A stretch of 63,485 nt of DNA, counting the filler, from an uncultured Gemmatimonadota bacterium (GTDB lineage: Bacteria > Blakebacterota > Blakebacteria > Blakebacterales > Blakebacteraceae), in NCBI GenBank assembly GCA_964576115.1. It is 5 parts of 5 records of this genome, joined end to end, with 100 filler letters (N's around TTAATTAATTAA, not from the genome) between each part and the next. Parts side by side here need not be neighbours in the genome. Positions count along the whole stretch, not along the records: positions 58,332 to 63,485 come from CAZNUA010000104.1; 4 more parts are not named here. One strand, written 5' to 3'. The notes under the pieces were generated by a model that saw only the letters and a list, made by a program, of their open reading frames with translations, searched no databases and was not told the origin of the DNA. This document shows, piece by piece, positions 58,332 through 63,485 of this stretch (position 1 is its first letter; each line of letters starts with the position of its first letter). The position numbers and the translations under genes were made by a program.

Positions 58332-59173
58332 ACATCGATAAGGTCGCAAAAGACTTCTCACGCGATGTTCTCCATCAGGCCGCCTCGTGTACCAAGAGCG
58401 TCACCTCGATCCTGATCGGGATCGCTGTCGACCGCGGTCTGCTCACCGATCTCAACGAACCCCTGCCCCAGCTTTTTCCCGCCTATTCCGACCTCGACTG
58501 GTCGGGTGGGCGGCAGGAGATCACTCTCGAACACCTGCTGACCATGCGGGCCGGCATGTTCTGGAACGAGAACCCGGCCGATCCCGAGAATTCCCATCTC
58601 GGCTTGTATTCCGGGGCCGACCCTATCCGCTACATCCTGGAACTGCCTATGACCGACCCTCCCGGCACCCGCTGGCACTACAACAGCGGTCTGCCGGTCC
58701 TTCTGGGCGCGATCATCGAGAACCGGACCGGCCTCAACGCCGAATCGTTCGCCTCCGAACATCTCTTCGGACCGCTCGGGATCACCGCCTGGGAGTGGTA
58801 CATGATGCCGAACGGAATGCCGCACACCGGCGGGGGTCTCGCCCTGTGTCCGCGGGACATGGCCCGGATCGGTCAGCTCTACCTGCAGGACGGCCAGTGG
58901 GACGGCGAACAGATCGTGAGCGAGCACTGGGTACGCGAATCGATCCGGACTCACTCCGACGAACTCGGTTACGGGTACTTCTGGTGGCTGGATTCCCACC
59001 AGATCGACGACCACAGCTACGATTCCTTTCTGGCCTGGGGATACGGCGGGCAGCACATCTTCGTGGTCCGGGAACTCGACCTGGTCGTGGTCTTCACCGG
59101 TGCCAATATTGAGACCGACACTCCCCCATGGCGAATGCTCGAGGAGTACATCCTGCCGGCTGTTCGACCATAA
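58332..59173 (+). CDS. Serine hydrolase (beta-lactamase class C/NylB-like), 5'-truncated
   Basis: ASCTKS (SxxK), LLTMRAG, PGTRWHYNS, LFGPLGI, RDMARIG, GYGGQ. Confidence 0.9.
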
Positions 59174-59265
59174 CACAATGGGCCCGATATGCATCATTCG
59201 GGAATATACAGGAGTACGTCCGCCTTCGGGCCCTGGAGGGAAGCGAAACGCCCCAGGGAAACCGC

Positions 59266-59292
59266 TGCAACCCTCACCGGTACCGATCCGTA
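59266..59292 (+). promoter_or_regulatory. Putative ECF-sigma promoter
   Basis: TGCAAC-N17-CGTA upstream of the nitroreductase fusion gene. Confidence 0.4.
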
Positions 59293-59367
59293 CGCGACTG
59301 ATAGCACTCCGAAATGAATCCGCGACCCGATGCGGCCCGACAACCACTGAATGTTCGAGGTACTATC

Positions 59368-60855
59368 ATGCAGATGCTGAAGAAGATGCTTCCGGCAGGG
59401 GTGTTCCTGTCTGCCCTGGTATTTCTGACGCCTGTTCCGGCGGGTGCGCAGGTCGAGACCTACGCAGTTGATGTCACCGCTCTGGAGGAGTGGACCGTGC
59501 CCGATACCGGGGCCGACGTGATCGAATACCGGGGCGAGCAGGCGTTGCGCCTCAATCCCGGCTCGGGCGAGCGGGTGGCCCTGCTCGATGATCTTCCTTT
59601 CGAGAACGGTGTCATCGAACTCGATATCGCCGCCATCCCCACATATACCGGCCTCGTCTTCCGAGCACGATCGGACGGCATCTACGAAGGCATCTACTTC
59701 CGCCCTCAGAACTCGCGCCACGCCGATCCCGCCCGGCGCGAGTTCACCGTGCAGTACCACGCCGCTCCCCGCTACACGTGGCACTACCTGCGCGAGCGGT
59801 TTCCGGGGCGATACGAGGCCGCCGCCGATCTGGAGCCCGACGCGTGGTTCCACGTCCGCATCGAGGTTTCCGGGCGCACTGCCCGGGTGTTCGTAAACGA
59901 CGAGAGCGAGCCCTGCCTGGAGATCGAGCATCTCCTGCATGGCGTGAGTATCGGCACAGTGGGTTTGTGGGTCGGCAACACCTCTGGCGGGACTTTCGCC
60001 AACCTCACCCTGACCCCGGGCGCGCCGACCGACCTTCCGGCGTTGGGATTGACCGACGAGGACATCAGCGGGCAGGTGCGATACACCCCGGAACAGGAGG
60101 GACTCTTCGACACCTTCCGCAACCGCCGCTCGGTCCGGCAATACCTCTCCACGCCGATCCCCGACGAGCACCTGATGCGCATCCTCGATGCAGCCCGCAC
60201 CGCTCCCACCTCGGGGAACCAGCAACCGTGGAAGTTCCTGGTCATCACCGACCGGGCCAAGATCGATGCCCTGCGCGACGCCTGNNNNNNNNNNNNNNNN
60301 NNNNNNNNNNNNNNNNNNNNNNNNNNNNNNNNNNNNNNNNNNNNNNNNNNNNNNNNNNNNNNNNNNNNNNNNNNNNNNNNNNNNGCCATTCCCGAGGACG
60401 TGACCCGCCAAGTGCTCGGCATCCCCGATTGCTTTGCCCGCATCTGCATCACCCCCATCGGCGTACCTCTCGAATGGCCCGACTCTCCACCCAAACTCCC
60501 CCTGCGGGATTTCGTGGTCTTTGATCGCCTGATCGAAGGTGTCAATTACACCGTTACCGTCACCCGGCAGGCGATCGCCATCGATCCGGCGATCGTGGCC
60601 GATTATGTCGGCCGCTACCGGCTCAACGATGAGATCACCATCACGATCACCTCGGAGGAAGAGCATCTGTATTTCCAGGTCACCGGCCAGGAGGTCGTGG
60701 AGATCTTCCCCGAAGCCGATGATGCCTTCTTCCTGCGGGTGGCCGATGTTCAGGTGGTATTCTCACGCAACGATGACGGCGCGGTCATCGCCATGACCGT
60801 CTATCAGGCCGGCCAGGAATTCAGGGCCGAACGGATCGGGCGGATCGGTTTCTGA
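59368..60855 (+). CDS. Exported multidomain protein: DUF1080-like + nitroreductase + DUF3471-like (spans a gap)
   Basis: Signal peptide AGA-Q; FENGVIELDI..YEGIYFRP..WFHVRIEV; RRSVRQY..APTSGNQQPWKF; LGIP..PIGVP; DYVGRYRL..FFLRV. Confidence 0.75.
   Translation: MQMLKKMLPAGVFLSALVFLTPVPAGAQVETYAVDVTALEEWTVPDTGADVIEYRGEQALRLNPGSGERVALLDDLPFENGVIELDIAAIPTYTGLVFRARSDGIYEGIYFRPQNSRHADPARREFTVQYHAAPRYTWHYLRERFPGRYEAAADLEPDAWFHVRIEVSGRTARVFVNDESEPCLEIEHLLHGVSIGTVGLWVGNTSGGTFANLTLTPGAPTDLPALGLTDEDISGQVRYTPEQEGLFDTFRNRRSVRQYLSTPIPDEHLMRILDAARTAPTSGNQQPWKFLVITDRAKIDALRDAXXXXXXXXXXXXXXXXXXXXXXXXXXXXXXXXXXAIPEDVTRQVLGIPDCFARICITPIGVPLEWPDSPPKLPLRDFVVFDRLIEGVNYTVTVTRQAIAIDPAIVADYVGRYRLNDEITITITSEEEHLYFQVTGQEVVEIFPEADDAFFLRVADVQVVFSRNDDGAVIAMTVYQAGQEFRAERIGRIGF
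60285..60384. other. Scaffold gap (100 N, true size unknown)
   Basis: N-run without the linker motif, inside the nitroreductase domain. Confidence 0.95.
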
Positions 60856-60867
60856 GGAAGGCTTGGA

Positions 60868-62013
60868 ATGGCTTCGGAGTCTACCGACATACAGATCAGA
60901 TCGATTCCCGGCTTCCGGCCCCTGCTACCATTCACTCTGGTCGTGTTCCTATCCCTGACGTCATGCGATCTCTTCCGGCCCGAGCAAACCGATCCCGGTC
61001 CGCCACCGCTCTTTTCCGCTCTCTCAACCGAACTCAGCGCAACCACTATCACCGCGTATCCGACGGCTCCCCTGGCAGCCGGTGAGAATCAGGTCTGGTG
61101 CGCCACTTTCGCTCTGGCCTGGAACACGATGATCGATTCGATCATCGGTGAACCGATCCAATTGAGCGGGCCGGACAGCACCCAGGCGACGGTTACGGCC
61201 TTGAATCAGAGGATCTTCGACGCCGCGTACCTCGATCCTGCTTCCTATGTCGCGCTGGCGGGATTTCGGGATGAGGGCATCTGCACCCGGATTCAGGATG
61301 CTCTGCTCGCAACGTTCGGTGATGACGCACCGGTGGTCGCGTTCGAACCGGGACTCCCCGCGGAAGTGATCAGTTTCGCCTATCTTCTGAAACGGCTCGA
61401 TTTCGAGCACGTTTTCACGACCATCGAACGGGCCCTGCGCTTCAACGGCGACCCGGATCAGAAGGTTCGCGCCTTCGGGCTCGAGTCCGACGAACGGGGC
61501 GGCCGTGCGAATGCCATGCGCGAGCAGGTGATCGTGAAGGGTGCCATCGGGGATGGGTATATCATCGAGATCGAAACCCTGGCCGAGAGTGACCACCTGG
61601 TCCTGGCTGCAATCGAACCGGAAGCGAGCCTGCTGGCAACCTGGCAGACCGTCGTGGCGATCGATGCCGCCCATACCGATTATCTCCTGCCGTCGGGGAT
61701 GGGTCTCAAGGTACCCAAGATGAATTTCGCCCTCGAACATGAGTTTGCCGAGTTGATCGATCGGAGTCTGCTGAACGAGGGCTGGGTCGACGATGATTAC
61801 TACATCAAGGAGGCCCGGCAGGATATCCGCTTCCAGCTCACAGAACGTGGCGCCGTATTGGAATCGAGTGCCGGGATGACCACGGCCCCTCTCTCTTCCG
61901 GTGATATCGTCTTCGACCGCCCCTTCCTTCTGGCTCTCATCGAAGAGGGTGCAGCCCAGCCGTACTTTCTGCTCTGGATTGCCAACGCGGAACTGCTGGC
62001 CCGGGTGCCGTAA
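60868..62013 (+). CDS. Divergent serpin-like lipoprotein
   Basis: Lipobox LTSC; VPKMNF, QDIRFQLTERGA, FDRPFLL, PYF serpin C-terminal signature. Confidence 0.7.
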   Translation: MASESTDIQIRSIPGFRPLLPFTLVVFLSLTSCDLFRPEQTDPGPPPLFSALSTELSATTITAYPTAPLAAGENQVWCATFALAWNTMIDSIIGEPIQLSGPDSTQATVTALNQRIFDAAYLDPASYVALAGFRDEGICTRIQDALLATFGDDAPVVAFEPGLPAEVISFAYLLKRLDFEHVFTTIERALRFNGDPDQKVRAFGLESDERGGRANAMREQVIVKGAIGDGYIIEIETLAESDHLVLAAIEPEASLLATWQTVVAIDAAHTDYLLPSGMGLKVPKMNFALEHEFAELIDRSLLNEGWVDDDYYIKEARQDIRFQLTERGAVLESSAGMTTAPLSSGDIVFDRPFLLALIEEGAAQPYFLLWIANAELLARVP

Positions 62014-62135
62014 CCACAGCACACCCTTCTTGTCTGCGCCTCATATCATTCCGGCCGCAACCAGCGCTCCGGTCAGCAGCAGGATCAGTTGACAAATCAC
62101 TGCGATGTTGACACAGTCTCCTGTCCTTCTCCGGT

Positions 62136-62250
62136 TGCGGCAAAATGGGATTGGATATTGCGGTAATTCGGGATTATTATATGTGTGATATCGGGAATAT
62201 GTATTGTGTGAAATAGGGAATGACATCCGTGGAAGATGCGGGAAAGGGGT
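62136..62250 (+). repeat. Degenerate 23-bp tandem repeat array (4 units plus 1 weaker)
   Basis: GGGA cores at 62147, 62170, 62193, 62216 (62240); units start TGYG. Confidence 0.75.
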
Positions 62251-62252
62251 CT

Positions 62253-63485
62253 ATGGTTGAATACCTGGAACGAGCGATCGAGCCTTTGATTGTCGCGTTG
62301 TTTTCCGAAGTCCCGGGGTTGTTGCTCACCGGACCCAGGGCGACGGGGAAGACCACCACGGCCAGACGCCATGTCAAAACCATCATCTCCCTGGATCGAC
62401 CCGATGAGGCAACCGCGTTCAGGGCAGATCCCGACGCCGCCCTCAGATACCTGGACGAGCCGATCCTGCTCGATGAGTGGCAGGCGGTCCCGGATGTGCT
62501 TGGAGCGGTAAAGCGGGCGATTGATGCGGATCCGCGACCGGGACGTTATCTGCTGACCGGATCGGTCCGGGCTGATCTGGAGGCCCCCACATGGCCGGGG
62601 ACAGGGCGTCTCATCCGTCTGGCCATGTATCCGATGACCGTTGCTGAACAGCTCGGTCGACCAAACACCGAACCTCTTCTCGACCGGTTGGCTCGTGGGG
62701 CACAGCTGAAGGTGCCGGACGATCCCCCCGATCTCTGTGGCTATGTGGAGTTGGCCCTGCGAGGAGGGTTCCCCCAGGCCGCTCTGTCATTGTCTGATGG
62801 AGTACGCCGACGCTGGTTGGAAGCGTACATCGAACAGATCCTTACCCGTGACGTCGAACTTCTGGAAGGGCATCGTGATCCCGTACGCATGAGGCAGTAC
62901 TTCGAAGCCAATGTTCTGAACACGGCAGGACTGGTTGCCCATCGGACGCTTTATCATGCGGCGGGAATCGACCGGAAGACAGCCATCGCATATGATCGCC
63001 TGCTGACCAACCTGATGATTGTCACCACCTTGCCGGCATGGTCGACCAACCGTTTCAAGCGCCTGGTGCGTACTCCGAAGCGATATATCCTCGATCCGGC
63101 ATTGGTCGCAGGTACGCTCAAGCTCGATACCCCCGCCGTACTCCGCGACGGCGATCAGCTCGGTCGCCTGATCGACACGTTCGTTCTGGCGCAACTTCGT
63201 GCTGAAGAGACCGTGACGGAGATTCGACCGAGATTTTATCATCTCAGGATGGAAGAGGGTCGTCATGAGGTGGATGTGATCGCTGAATTCGGCGCCCGAA
63301 AGATTATCGGCATCGAGATAAAGGCCGGCAATGCGCCCAGCCGTGATGATGCCAGACACTTGATCTGGTTACGGGAAAGACTCGGGCAGGACTTTGTCGC
63401 AGGTGTCGTGCTGCACACGGGCAGCCGCGTCTACCCGCTGGCCGACGGCGTCCTGGCTGCCCCTATCTGCACGCTCTGGGCCTGA
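62253..63485 (+). CDS. AAA+ ATPase with DUF4143 / PD-(D/E)xK-like C-terminus
   Basis: Walker A GPRATGKT, Walker B LLDEWQ, LLTGS, GGFP, PKRYILD, EVDVI..IEIK; start 62253 or 62220. Confidence 0.92.
   Translation: MVEYLERAIEPLIVALFSEVPGLLLTGPRATGKTTTARRHVKTIISLDRPDEATAFRADPDAALRYLDEPILLDEWQAVPDVLGAVKRAIDADPRPGRYLLTGSVRADLEAPTWPGTGRLIRLAMYPMTVAEQLGRPNTEPLLDRLARGAQLKVPDDPPDLCGYVELALRGGFPQAALSLSDGVRRRWLEAYIEQILTRDVELLEGHRDPVRMRQYFEANVLNTAGLVAHRTLYHAAGIDRKTAIAYDRLLTNLMIVTTLPAWSTNRFKRLVRTPKRYILDPALVAGTLKLDTPAVLRDGDQLGRLIDTFVLAQLRAEETVTEIRPRFYHLRMEEGRHEVDVIAEFGARKIIGIEIKAGNAPSRDDARHLIWLRERLGQDFVAGVVLHTGSRVYPLADGVLAAPICTLWA

Noticed and set aside
58332..59173. Clinical beta-lactamase call
   Set aside because: Motifs fit the broad esterase/amidase branch of the family; there is no evidence for beta-lactam hydrolysis.
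62041..62135. Short hydrophobic minus-strand peptide (IAVICQLILLLTGALVAAGMI), possible type I toxin
   Set aside because: The start codon after the AGGAG is in a different frame and stops after five codons; no credible in-frame start.
62136..62250. Mini-CRISPR interpretation of the 23-bp array
   Set aside because: The period is too short, there is no identical repeat with unique spacers, and no cas gene is present.

Overview
This window is a concatenation of five unrelated contig pieces from a GC-rich bacterial draft genome, probably a MAG. They are joined by N44-TTAATTAATTAA-N44 linkers at 14981, 29412, 43826 and 58232, so gene neighbourhoods across linkers mean nothing. RpoC motifs and GWxTD-like proteins suggest an FCB-superphylum lineage (inference). 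Piece 1 (1-14980) is the core cluster tuf'-rpmG-tRNA-Trp-secE-nusG-rplKAJL-rpoBC-rpsLG-fusA-tuf', with long acidic tails on L11 and L10. Pieces 2-5 are accessory genes of an apparently peptide-degrading heterotroph. They include peptidases (M24 x2, M1, S9, M3), POT and sugar MFS transporters, GWxTD-like proteins, a radical SAM enzyme, FKBP and a solo GroES-like protein. Also present are an ECF sigma factor, a low-GC FkbM methyltransferase, an SLC12-like transporter, crtP-like and aldH-like C30-carotenoid genes, an exported nitroreductase fusion, a divergent serpin and an AAA-DUF4143 ATPase. The most notable non-coding signals are a 23-bp-periodic repeat array upstream of the AAA-DUF4143 gene, a ~157-nt rod-like candidate RNA (29752-29908) and a sigma-54 promoter with repeated CGGAAA-N5-TTTCCG sites. 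No CRISPR array, rRNA or transposase was found. All family assignments come from motif recognition, not database searches.
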